Shown: piece after piece, positions 8,116-16,726 of the stretch
How the letters are laid out: every line of letters starts with the position of its first letter
How positions within the stretch are numbered: position 1 is the stretch's first letter
Assembly (NCBI GenBank): GCA_963579925.1
Contig: CAUZJA010000001.1
Coordinates: 1-46,182 of the forward strand
Reading direction: 5' to 3'
DNA: 46,182 nt
Origin: Dehalococcoidia bacterium
GTDB lineage: Bacteria; Chloroflexota; Dehalococcoidia; Lucifugimonadales; Lucifugimonadaceae
Translations under genes and position numbers: made by a program
The notes under the pieces: generated by a model
Database searches by the model: none
The model's input: only the letters and a program-made list of their open reading frames with translations
What the model was told of the DNA's origin: nothing

Positions 8116-9375
8116 ATGACGACGAAATCGGTCTATACGGCAGCGCGAGTGGCCAATGCAGATGTAACGGGCTGGCTGCCAGATCACGCAGTGATCGTAG
8201 ACGGAGATCGAATTGAGAGTGTGATTCCAAAGGCTCAACTCCCGTCAGACGTGGCTAACACGCATGAAGTGCATGACCTAGGAGATGTGTCACTGATTCC
8301 CGGTTTGATTGACGCACATGCCCATATGCACTGCTCGGCCACGTTGGATGCCCATCATCTGGTTACGACTGAGAGCCTTGAGGTGCTGGCGATCAGGTCG
8401 GCGAAGAATATTCGAGATGCGCTGCTTACAGGTGTGACGACTCTGCGCGACATTGGTAGCAAGAATGAGATTGCATTCCAGGTACGTGACGCCGTTCGGT
8501 CGGGCGTAATACCCGGGCCTCGATTGTTGCTTGCAGGGACACCTATTACCACCACCGCGGGGCATTGTTGGTTCTTCGGTACCGAGGCAGACACACCGGA
8601 GCAAGTTGTTGCGGCGGTGCGGCAGCAGAAGAAGCTGGGCGCGGATGTCATCAAGATGATGGCTACCGGCGGAATGTTCACCCCCAGCGCTAACCCTCGT
8701 ACTCCGCAGTACCCCGCATCAACGCTGCGCGCTGCGGTCGTAGAAGCTGAGCGACTGGATATGCAGATCGTTGCTCACACACTGGCGGCGCAAGGTGTGC
8801 GCAACTGTGTTGAGGCCGGTATTCATCACCTGATCCACGCTCGCTGGTACCACCCTGATGTCACCCAGCCGCTCGATTTCGATGCTGAAACGGTGAAGGA
8901 GATGGCGGCGAATGGTCAGTGGGTTGACCCGACGTTTGGTCACCACTTGATTGGGATTGAGACGAAAGAGGCTGGCGGAGCTACATTACCTCCGCATCCA
9001 GCCGTTGCGGCATCACCTGTGACAGATGCGGACAATATTGAAACCGCTGTGAAGATGCGAGAGATGGGCGTTCGCTTCACGACCGGGCTGGATATGGGAA
9101 TGGCTACCGCTCCGTTCGCGCGCTCCGGTTCGAATGCCCGTGCCTTTGTGATCGAACTTGGCTACTCCGAGTGGGAGGCGATTGCAGCGTCTACCAAGGA
9201 GACGGCGGGTGCGATCAAGGTTGGCGATCAGGTGGGGACACTTGAGCCGGGTAAGATCGCCGACATGGTTTCGCTGGAGGGCGATCCTTCACAGGATATT
9301 GCCAGCATGGAGAAGTCGGTGGACGTGATCCAGTCCGGTAAGCCAGTAAAGCTAGCCAACGCAGCCCTGATCTAG
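8116..9375 (+). CDS. Amidohydrolase-family metal-dependent hydrolase
   Basis: LIDAHAHMH (HxH) motif and family-typical length. ATG at 8116 has AGGGGA upstream and is preferred to the ORF-track start at 8083. Confidence 0.9.
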   Translation: MTTKSVYTAARVANADVTGWLPDHAVIVDGDRIESVIPKAQLPSDVANTHEVHDLGDVSLIPGLIDAHAHMHCSATLDAHHLVTTESLEVLAIRSAKNIRDALLTGVTTLRDIGSKNEIAFQVRDAVRSGVIPGPRLLLAGTPITTTAGHCWFFGTEADTPEQVVAAVRQQKKLGADVIKMMATGGMFTPSANPRTPQYPASTLRAAVVEAERLDMQIVAHTLAAQGVRNCVEAGIHHLIHARWYHPDVTQPLDFDAETVKEMAANGQWVDPTFGHHLIGIETKEAGGATLPPHPAVAASPVTDADNIETAVKMREMGVRFTTGLDMGMATAPFARSGSNARAFVIELGYSEWEAIAASTKETAGAIKVGDQVGTLEPGKIADMVSLEGDPSQDIASMEKSVDVIQSGKPVKLANAALI

Positions 9376-9376
9376 T

Positions 9377-9510
9377 GCCTGCCGCATGGGCATATAGCGC
9401 AAGGCGCTGGGGAGGGGCACGTGCAACGTGCCGCTGCGGTCGGTTGGCGTGGCGCGCATGATACGCGCTGGTGCGGCTGAATTGCGTAGGGGCACATTGC
9501 ATGTGCCCGG
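9377..9510. repeat. REP-like multi-hairpin cluster between convergent genes
   Basis: 9377-9419 (tgcctgccgcatgggcatatagcgcaaggcgctggggaggggca) is near-identical to 15214-15256. Hairpins: TGCC..GGCA, AGCGC-aag-GCGCT, GGCACGT-gca-ACGTGCC, GCGCG..CGCGC, GGGCACAT-tgc-ATGTGCCC. Confidence 0.75.
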
Positions 9511-9538
9511 ATTTAGCGGCGCGCCCTAATTAAACTAG

Positions 9539-10495
9539 CTAGTAGCCCGCAGATTTATCGCAGATGTGTTGGAGCGGTTCGTCGTTTACGAAGCGGCGCA
9601 GGTTGTCGATGAAGACGAGCCTGCGGCCTTCGTAGAGTTCTGGTGTCAGGGCTGAGGCGTGTTGCGTGATGATCATGTTTTCCTGATCCCACAGTGTGCT
9701 GCCTTTTGGCAGTGGTTCTATTTCCGTTGCGTCCAGTCCTGCGCCTGCCAGGTGGCCGTCTGCGATTGCGTCGGCCAGCGCGTCTTCGTCAACGATTCCG
9801 CCGCGTGAGATTACGATGATTCGTGAACCTCGCTTCATCGCGCGGATTCGCACGGCGTCGATCACATGATGCGTTGCTGGAATGTATGGAGCAGCGATGA
9901 CCAGCCAGTCTGAGCTGGTGACCAACTCATCAAGCCGGTCGAGGCCCCATATCTCTGATGCGGCGCCGGTTTCTGCGCCCGGGTTGGGGTCGACGGCTTT
10001 CACATCCATGTTGAAAGCAACGGCTCGATCGGCAATCGCACGGCCGAGCTCGCCATAGCCGAAGATGCCTAACTGACGGCCACCTAGCTCCTCCATGCGG
10101 CCATCCCAGTTGTGAGCGTCGAATACGCGCTGGTCTTGATCCCGGTATAGCTCCCGGAAGTTGTGGGCGAGGGCAATCATCATTCCAAGTACGTGGTCGG
10201 CCATTGGCGGTACGTGAGCGCCAGGGGCATTGGTCAGCGGGATGTCAGAGTCACGGATCGCCGGTATCTCAACAATTTTGTCGACACCGGTGCCGGGGCA
10301 GGCGATCCACTGCAGGTTTGACGCCGCCTCAAAGATTGCTGCGTCCGGCCAGCCAAAGAACACGTCGGCATGTCTGGCGGCTTCCAGTTGGCCTTCGTGG
10401 GTCAGGGCGTATGCGAAATCGACATCTGGGAATTCCGCTTGCAGACGGGCGGGATATTCCGCACCAAGGTGGTTGGATGCAAGGACAACTTTCAT
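9539..10495 (-). CDS. D-isomer-specific 2-hydroxyacid dehydrogenase family protein
   Basis: 318 aa with NAD motif GIFGYGELGRAIADRA. Family-typical length. Confidence 0.9.
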   Translation of the reverse strand: MKVVLASNHLGAEYPARLQAEFPDVDFAYALTHEGQLEAARHADVFFGWPDAAIFEAASNLQWIACPGTGVDKIVEIPAIRDSDIPLTNAPGAHVPPMADHVLGMMIALAHNFRELYRDQDQRVFDAHNWDGRMEELGGRQLGIFGYGELGRAIADRAVAFNMDVKAVDPNPGAETGAASEIWGLDRLDELVTSSDWLVIAAPYIPATHHVIDAVRIRAMKRGSRIIVISRGGIVDEDALADAIADGHLAGAGLDATEIEPLPKGSTLWDQENMIITQHASALTPELYEGRRLVFIDNLRRFVNDEPLQHICDKSAGY

Positions 10496-10540
10496 GTTTT
10501 TTCTCTTTTTTCTCTTTGGTGGGGCTTTGGCGTTTGAGGG

Positions 10541-11944
10541 CTAGATGCTCGGGTGCATCGAGTGCCATTCGGTCTCGATTTCGTACTGGTTCGCCAGTTG
10601 AAGCAGGGTTAGATCATCGTGTTGTTCGCCGGTGAGCATCATTCCAATGGGCAGTCCGGTTGATTCCGACATGCCGGCAGGGATGCTTACGGATGGGTTG
10701 CCTGTGATGTTGGATGGTGCGGTGAAGCAGGCGTTGATCCCTCGAGAATGTTCGCCGGGCCGACGCGAGCGCTCGGCTGTCATGAAAGGTGAGGTGGGTG
10801 TGGCGATGGCTCTTATGTTCGAATCACGAAACAACGTGGACAGATAGGTGCGGACCGAACGCCCAACTGTTGCGGCGTTGAGCATATCTTCCGCTGAAAG
10901 GAACGCTCCTTGGAGGAGGTAAACCCTTGCGATGGGGCCGTATGAGGTCCAGTTTTCTTTGAGGCTGGAGGCGTGGCGCTGGTACGTCTCACCGTTCAGC
11001 ACTATGAAATTGGCCATGCGGGCCTCAGCCATACCGCGCAGATTGATGTCGACCAGTTCGCAGCCTATTGATTTGAGATCGGTGAGAAATTGCTCGTAAG
11101 CGTGAGTGACTTCTGGCTCATTTGGGGCAGACTCCACGAATGTACGCGGGACTCCGATTCGCCATCCGGAGATATCGGCTTGAAGATTTTCAAAGTAGTG
11201 GTCGCGCTGTCCTGGCCAACTCATGTCGTCTTCAGGGACGTATGAGGCCATGGCGTCGAGCATCAGTGCTGTGTCTGCGACGGTTCGGGTTAGCGGCGAA
11301 ATTTCACTGTGTGAGTTGTGGTCCATACCGTTGCGACTAACGATTCCGTGGGTGGGTTTCATGCCGACCAAGCCGTGAGCTCCACCGGGCAGCCTGACTG
11401 ATCCACCGGCATCTGTACCGATGGCAGCTGAGCACATTCCGGCTGATGTGGCTCCGCCGGAGCCGGAGCTTGAGCCGACGGACATGTAGCCCGGGTTCCA
11501 GGGATTCCATGGTGGTGGGAAGAGATCGGCCTCGGATGGGAGCGACCAGCTGAACTCATTGAGGTTGGCTTTTCCAATGATGATCGCGCCGTTGTCTTTG
11601 AGTGATTGCACCGCAGCCGCGTCGTGTTCCGGGATCCAGTGCTCCAGCAGGCGACTGTTGTCTGTGGTTCGGATTCCGGCCGTAGGAATGGAATCTTTCG
11701 CCGCAATAGGAATGCCGGCGAGAGGTGGCAGGTCGTCGCCGCGACTACGTGCCTGGTCGACTGCTTTTGCCTGAACGAGCGCATCAGCGGCGTTGACGGT
11801 GACCAGCGAGTTTAGCTGGCCGTTGAGGGCGTCAACCCGGGATAGGCATGCCTCTAAAAGCTCTACGGCCGTAACAGCACCGGATTCCAGAGCCTTGACC
11901 TGTTCAGTCAGGGAGAGATAGTGGAGAGGCGTTTCAGTAGTCAT
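10541..11944 (-). CDS. Amidase-signature family amidase (GatA/AtzE-like)
   Basis: 467 aa. Gly/Ser-rich signature GSSSGSGGATSAGM and catalytic-Lys context IPIAAKDSI. Confidence 0.95.
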   Translation of the reverse strand: MTTETPLHYLSLTEQVKALESGAVTAVELLEACLSRVDALNGQLNSLVTVNAADALVQAKAVDQARSRGDDLPPLAGIPIAAKDSIPTAGIRTTDNSRLLEHWIPEHDAAAVQSLKDNGAIIIGKANLNEFSWSLPSEADLFPPPWNPWNPGYMSVGSSSGSGGATSAGMCSAAIGTDAGGSVRLPGGAHGLVGMKPTHGIVSRNGMDHNSHSEISPLTRTVADTALMLDAMASYVPEDDMSWPGQRDHYFENLQADISGWRIGVPRTFVESAPNEPEVTHAYEQFLTDLKSIGCELVDINLRGMAEARMANFIVLNGETYQRHASSLKENWTSYGPIARVYLLQGAFLSAEDMLNAATVGRSVRTYLSTLFRDSNIRAIATPTSPFMTAERSRRPGEHSRGINACFTAPSNITGNPSVSIPAGMSESTGLPIGMMLTGEQHDDLTLLQLANQYEIETEWHSMHPSI

Positions 11945-11946
11945 CT

Positions 11947-12141
11947 TTATTCCCCTTCTACCGTAGAGGAGAGCGTTGAGGCGTCCAGCTCGTCGGGGAA
12001 TCCCGGAATTACGTCCCTTAAGGAAACTGCCGCGTCCAATACGCCGCTGACCAGGGGGACGAGCTGATTTAGCTCATCGTCCGAGATGGGGGCGAGTGTT
12101 TGAGCACGCGATACGATCTGGTCGTGATTCAGACTGGTCAT
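11947..12141 (-). CDS. Small GatC/AtzG-like putative amidase partner subunit
   Basis: 64 aa from ATG 12141: MTSLNHDQIVSRAQTLAPISDDELNQLVPLVSGVLDAAVSLRDV... Its stop is 2 nt from the amidase ATG. The helical acidic pattern resembles GatC. The longer 105-aa form has an implausible Arg/Gln-rich N-terminus. Confidence 0.5.
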   Translation of the reverse strand: MTSLNHDQIVSRAQTLAPISDDELNQLVPLVSGVLDAAVSLRDVIPGFPDELDASTLSSTVEGE

Positions 12142-12482
12142 TTGATGTCTCTGTTGTTTCTGTTGTCTCTGGCGGGTGCGGGGTGAAGTAGTACGCCAAT
12201 GTAGCACTTGACCGCGCATGTGATCGACATATTCGAAGGGTTGTCCTTCACGACCGAATGACATTGCCGGAGTGCGGGCTAATTAAGTTGTTCAATTGCC
12301 ACTATAAGTTAGCTGTCTTGTTGCGAATCGTCCTGGCTCTGGCCGCGGGCAGCAGACAATAGCGATGGGTACTCAGCCAATAGCACTGCTATCGGATGAG
12401 TACGTCAACGGCGGGCCAGAATTAGCGGCCACTAAACCGATGTAGGATTGGCCTTCGCGATAACAAATGCTGAGGAACCTGA

Positions 12483-12824
12483 ATGCTATTTATTCTTCTT
12501 GCGACGCTCACGGATGCTGGCCTTGATGCTGCGGTCAAGGAACCAGATCTGTTTGCCTCTGCTTGCGCGGACCTGGACGTTCCCGGGGTGCGATTGCTGA
12601 CTCGCTACGCGACGTTGGGCTCATACGACTTTGTCGCAGTGGCAGAGGTTGCTGACGCTGAGTCGATGGCAAAACTTTCGGTCGAACTCGGATCGAAAGC
12701 CAAGGTGCATATTGAGTCGCTTCACGCGGTTTCGGCACACCTCATGGCAGAACCTTCAGATGAATCTGTGATTCGAGTAGGGGAGTCGGCGGACTGGGAT
12801 CTCCCTGGTTCGCCGGCCAGGTAG
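12483..12824 (+). CDS. GYD domain-containing protein
   Basis: 113 aa with TLGSYDFVAVAEVADAES (GYD motif). GAGGAA RBS upstream. Confidence 0.8.
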   Translation: MLFILLATLTDAGLDAAVKEPDLFASACADLDVPGVRLLTRYATLGSYDFVAVAEVADAESMAKLSVELGSKAKVHIESLHAVSAHLMAEPSDESVIRVGESADWDLPGSPAR

Positions 12825-12831
12825 GTACATT

Positions 12832-13938
12832 ATGCACATCGACAGTTTTGATTTTTACCACGTGGCCATGCCCCTCATGTATCCATGGCGAACTTCCTAC
12901 GGGGAGGACTGGGAGATTCACTCCGTGCTGGTGCGCGCTACCAGTGGCGATGTTGAGGCCTGGTCGGAGTCGAGTCCGCTTGAGGCTCCCACGTATCTGA
13001 CAGAGGGCGCCCGGTCGGCGTTCCACAATCTGGTGGACCACTTTGGTCCTCGGGTAGTGGGTGGCGAGTACGAATCCGCCGAGGCGGTGAACGAAAAGTT
13101 GGCGCTCTACAAGGGCAACTCATTCGGTAAAGCTGCGATCGAGATCGCGTGGTGGGCGCTGCAATCGAAGATGAGCGGGCAGCCGTTGCATCGGCTCCTT
13201 GGTGGCGAGACAAAGGACGTTGTTGCTGGGGCTGACTTTGGAATTCAAGATTCGTACGACATGCTGCTGGGCAACATACAGAAGGCTGTGGACGCCGGAT
13301 TCCCACGGATCAAGCTGAAGGCAGCGCCGGGATGGGACTACGAGATGCTCAGCGCCGTACGAGGCGCGTTCCCGGACACGAAGTTTCATATCGATTGCAA
13401 TGGCGGCTACTCGCTGGACGATCTTGATCTGTTCAAGAAAATAGATGCGTTTGAGTTGGAGTTCATCGAGCAGCCATTGGCGTTCGATGATCTGCTCGAT
13501 CACGCTGAACTGGCGAAACAGATATCCACGCCCGTGTGTCTGGACGAGAGCATCGTTGGTCTGCGTCAGGTGGAGCAAGCACTGCGTATTGGTGCGGCGG
13601 AGTACATCAACATCAAACCCGGTCGAGTGGGTGGATTGGCCAACTCTGTCCGTATTCACGATATCTGCCAAGATGCAGGCGTTCCGGTGTGGGTTGGTGG
13701 AATGCTGGAGAGTGCTGTTGGCGCGGCGTTCTGCATCGAACTGGCCACGCTGCCTAATTTCACTTACCCCGGCGACCTGTTCCCGTCATCACGCTTCTAC
13801 AAGGAAGACCTGGGACGGCCGGTCAACGAGCTGACTGATGACCTGACCTTCAAGCCGTTTACGGATGGGTTGCCGGAGCCTGATGCAGACCTGCTGGCGG
13901 AGTACACCGTGGAGTCCGCTCGGGTGATCCCTGCCTGA
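12832..13938 (+). CDS. Enolase-superfamily enzyme, o-succinylbenzoate synthase / N-acylamino-acid racemase-like
   Basis: IKLK (KxK), HIDCNGGYS, FIEQPL and CLDES metal-ligand motifs. 368 aa. Confidence 0.9.
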   Translation: MHIDSFDFYHVAMPLMYPWRTSYGEDWEIHSVLVRATSGDVEAWSESSPLEAPTYLTEGARSAFHNLVDHFGPRVVGGEYESAEAVNEKLALYKGNSFGKAAIEIAWWALQSKMSGQPLHRLLGGETKDVVAGADFGIQDSYDMLLGNIQKAVDAGFPRIKLKAAPGWDYEMLSAVRGAFPDTKFHIDCNGGYSLDDLDLFKKIDAFELEFIEQPLAFDDLLDHAELAKQISTPVCLDESIVGLRQVEQALRIGAAEYINIKPGRVGGLANSVRIHDICQDAGVPVWVGGMLESAVGAAFCIELATLPNFTYPGDLFPSSRFYKEDLGRPVNELTDDLTFKPFTDGLPEPDADLLAEYTVESARVIPA

Positions 13939-14085
13939 TCCAGATCTTTTCTTCATGCCTCGGCATGCGTTGGCATGTGCTGGCGATTGAATTCTGTGGG
14001 TTGGAATGTCACACTCTGGCGGCTGCAAATAATTTAATTCTGGCGCTAACAAAACACGGACGTCCTCAGGAGCCTTGAACCAGCA

Positions 14086-15213
14086 ATGAAAATCGAACAG
14101 ATTGAGACCTTTTTCGTCGACCGATACCTTGTGGTGCGGATCACCACTGACGACGGTACTCAGGGAATTGGTGAGTCTTGTTACTGGTCGTACCCAAAGG
14201 CGGCGGAGGCGACCATCCAGGCGTGGGAGTCTGAACTTCAGGGTATGGATTCGGGCGATACGGAGCACATATTCAACTACCTGCATCGATATAACGGTGC
14301 GGTTCGTGGGAACAGTGTTGGCGGTGCATTGAGTGCCGTGGATATGGCGCTGTGGGATATCAAAGGCAAGCGGTTGCAGGCACCAATCTGGGATCTTTTG
14401 GGCGGGAAGGTTCGCCAGAAAGTTCGAGCGATCTCTCTTGGAGTTGGTGGCGAAACTCCTGAGGAGTGTGGGATCAAAGCCAAGCAGGCGAAGGATAAGG
14501 GGTACACGGCGCTCAAGTTCACTGCGATGTCCGACAAGTGGCCGGAGCAGCGATATGGCAGCATGATCAAGCTGGGCACTGACATGGTGGAAGCCGTGCG
14601 CGAGGCGGTTGGCTGGGACTTTGATATTGGCATTGAGATTCACCGCAACATGAAGCCGTCGGAAGCTGTAGTTTTCGCTGATTCGATTGCGAAGTTCCTG
14701 CCCTATTTCGTTGAGGATCCGATTGTTCCCGACTCAGTGGTAGCGATGGGCGAAGTTGGCGATAAGTTCCGCGTGCCTCTGGCTGTCGGCGAACGGAATT
14801 TTGGTGTGCATGAGTTCCGTGAGTTCGCTCAGCTGAGCAACTGTGCGTTCTTCAAGCCAGACATCGCAGTCGCTGGTGGGATTACCGGCAATAAGAAGAT
14901 TGCGACTATCGCAGAGGCGTTTCATATCAAGATCGCGCCACACAATTTCCAGGGACCAATTGCAACTGCTGCGTGCGTTGCGCTTGGGACGTCCTCGCTA
15001 TCGTGGGACGTTCAGGAGGCGGTGGATGAAACACGTTCGCCGTGGGTGGATATGGTGGATGAGGTTGTCCCGGTTGTGGACGGATATTTCATTCCGTCGG
15101 AACGGCCGGGGCTTGGTATGGAGTTCAATGAGGATTCCGCGGTGAAGTTCCCGTTCAAGCCGGCCCAGATTCCACCACCAATCGCAGAGGACGGAAGCGT
15201 AGCCCTCAAATAA
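14086..15213 (+). CDS. Enolase-superfamily dehydratase (galactonate/mannonate dehydratase-like)
   Basis: 375 aa. N-terminal capping domain MKIEQIETFFV...GIGES. IEIHRN, FVEDP and AVGER ligand motifs. Confidence 0.9.
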   Translation: MKIEQIETFFVDRYLVVRITTDDGTQGIGESCYWSYPKAAEATIQAWESELQGMDSGDTEHIFNYLHRYNGAVRGNSVGGALSAVDMALWDIKGKRLQAPIWDLLGGKVRQKVRAISLGVGGETPEECGIKAKQAKDKGYTALKFTAMSDKWPEQRYGSMIKLGTDMVEAVREAVGWDFDIGIEIHRNMKPSEAVVFADSIAKFLPYFVEDPIVPDSVVAMGEVGDKFRVPLAVGERNFGVHEFREFAQLSNCAFFKPDIAVAGGITGNKKIATIAEAFHIKIAPHNFQGPIATAACVALGTSSLSWDVQEAVDETRSPWVDMVDEVVPVVDGYFIPSERPGLGMEFNEDSAVKFPFKPAQIPPPIAEDGSVALK

Positions 15214-15463
15214 TGCCTGCCGCATGGGCATATAGCGCGGGGCGCTGGGGAGGGGCAGGATTTATTCCTGCCTCTTCTTGGTTAATGGTGTGTGTGTGGT
15301 GGATTTGTGTGTGCGTGGGTGGGTCCCGGACATTTGCGCGGGGCGTTGAAGAGGTACATCCGCATGGGATGTCGTTGCGCGTATGCAGAGTGGCCTCAGG
15401 GGATCTTTCCTCGCGTAGCTGGTTTAGTGGGGCGCGAAGAGGGGCAGGTTTTAAATCTGCCCT
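15214..15463. repeat. REP-like hairpin cluster (second long copy) plus GT-rich tract
   Basis: 15214-15256 matches 9377-9419. Hairpins GGCAGGA-tttat-TCCTGCC and GGGCAG-gttttaaat-CTGCCC. Degenerate second ccgcatggg unit near 15358. A GT-rich run lies at 15287-15323. Confidence 0.7.
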
Positions 15464-16516
15464 TACCTGTAGTTTCCACGAACGTTGTTTACAGCCTTGA
15501 TACAGGCGGGAGCATGCCCAGACTGGTGTGTGGCCTGCGGTGATTGTAGTTTTTTACGAACCTCGGCAGCTCGTTCAAGCGCTCCTGATTTGACATGTAG
15601 ATTCGCTTGTACGCCCACTCCCGTATCAGCATCTTGATGAACGCCTCCGCCTTCCCATTTGTCTGAGGCCTGTACGGCCTGGTTCGCCTCAATCCGATGT
15701 TCAGTTCCGCTGCCTGTTCTCTAAATACCCGTGATGTGTAGTTGGAACCGTTATCGGTGAGGATTCGCTCGATTTTTACCCCCACGCGCTCGTATGCCTT
15801 TATCGCACGCAACAAGAAATCCACCGTTGTGATTCCCTTCTCATCACCCAGTGCCTCAACGTAGGCGTAACGAGAGTGATCATCGATTGCCACATGGATA
15901 AAGTCCTGCCCTCTCAACCCACCACGAATACGGTGGGAGGTATTGGTCACGTGCCACTCGGGATCCTTGCGCCTTCCTCCACCATTCGGTATCCGTCGTA
16001 GCTTCTTCACATCGAGGTGCAGCAGTTCACCAGGACGCTCTCGTTCATACCGGATAACTTCCCGCGTAGTCCGGTCCATCCATGTGAGGCGTGAGATGCC
16101 GTTGCGTCTGAGTACGCCGTAGACGGTCGATCGAGCCATGCCCAGTTCAGCTGCGATGCGGTGTGGGCCGGTTCCATCTCGGCGCCTGAGACTACAGATC
16201 GTCTTCACTTTCCTCTTGGAGAGAGCGTGGGGCGTGCGCCTGGGCCGTGATGAGCGATCTTGAAGACCGTCGATGCCTTCTTCTCGGTATCGCTTTACCC
16301 ACTTGCAGACGGTGGGCCTGGAGACGCCTTGTGCCTCGGCTGCTTGAGCCTGAGTCATCCTGGATTCGAGGCGTTGAATCAACCGCAAGCGGCCTATAAC
16401 GGTGAGTGGGGCGTTAGCATGGACCATGGGGGAAGTTCCTTTCTGATTTGTTTGTACCTACCAGAATGAACTTCCCCTATTTCATGTAAACAACGTTGGT
16501 GGGAACTACAGGTAGG
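15461..16516 (-). mobile_element. Complete IS481-family insertion sequence
   Basis: Terminal inverted repeats cctgtagtttccacgaacgttgtttaca (15466-15493) and tgtaaacaacgttggtgggaactacagg (16485-16512), about 25/28 matching. They flank a single DDE transposase ORF. No target-site duplication could be identified. Confidence 0.9.
15489..16427 (-). CDS. IS481-family transposase (HTH + rve integrase core)
   Basis: 312 aa. N-terminal HTH (GVSRPTVCKWVKRYREEG), integrase-core region ...HVAIDDHSRYAYV...TDNGSNYTS..., and C-terminal YNHRRPHTSLG. Confidence 0.95.
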   Translation of the reverse strand: MVHANAPLTVIGRLRLIQRLESRMTQAQAAEAQGVSRPTVCKWVKRYREEGIDGLQDRSSRPRRTPHALSKRKVKTICSLRRRDGTGPHRIAAELGMARSTVYGVLRRNGISRLTWMDRTTREVIRYERERPGELLHLDVKKLRRIPNGGGRRKDPEWHVTNTSHRIRGGLRGQDFIHVAIDDHSRYAYVEALGDEKGITTVDFLLRAIKAYERVGVKIERILTDNGSNYTSRVFREQAAELNIGLRRTRPYRPQTNGKAEAFIKMLIREWAYKRIYMSNQERLNELPRFVKNYNHRRPHTSLGMLPPVSRL

Positions 16517-16726
16517 CGAGCCGGAATCCAGGCACGCACACGGGCATGGTTCTGCGAGGTCACACGCCCAATCAACGGCCGTGACTGGTCGATGTAGTCG
16601 CTTCTGACGCGCATATGTGGGCGTGCCTGGATCCCGGACATCTCTGCTGAGCCTTCGATTCCGGGATGGCGATGGTGAGTACGGCGACTGACCGCCGGGA
16701 TGTCCGCCAGTCTGGCGACGCCTCGC

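Noticed and set aside
11947-12264. Long (105-aa) form of the ORF upstream of the amidase
   Set aside because: The first 41 residues are an Arg/Gln-rich low-complexity stretch (RTRQRQQKQQRHQ). The internal ATG at 12141 gives a GatC-sized protein, so only the short form is reported.
13789-14643. 284-aa minus-strand ORF spanning the end of one enolase-superfamily gene and the start of the next
   Set aside because: It lies entirely antisense to two + strand genes with clear family motifs. It has no recognisable motifs and an Arg/Leu/Pro-rich composition typical of shadow ORFs in high-GC DNA.
15287-15323. GT-rich tract (tgtgtgtgtggtggatttgtgtgtgcgtgggtgggt) as a microsatellite or G-quadruplex
   Set aside because: It is an imperfect, short, single occurrence with no clear repeat unit. 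It is noted only as part of the REP-rich intergenic region.
16513-16726. Search for a host gene disrupted by the IS481 insertion
   Set aside because: Joining the left (15214-15460) and right (16517-16726) flanks gives no continuous frame with recognisable motifs. The 93-aa ORF 16477-16758 starts inside the IS inverted repeat and looks spurious.
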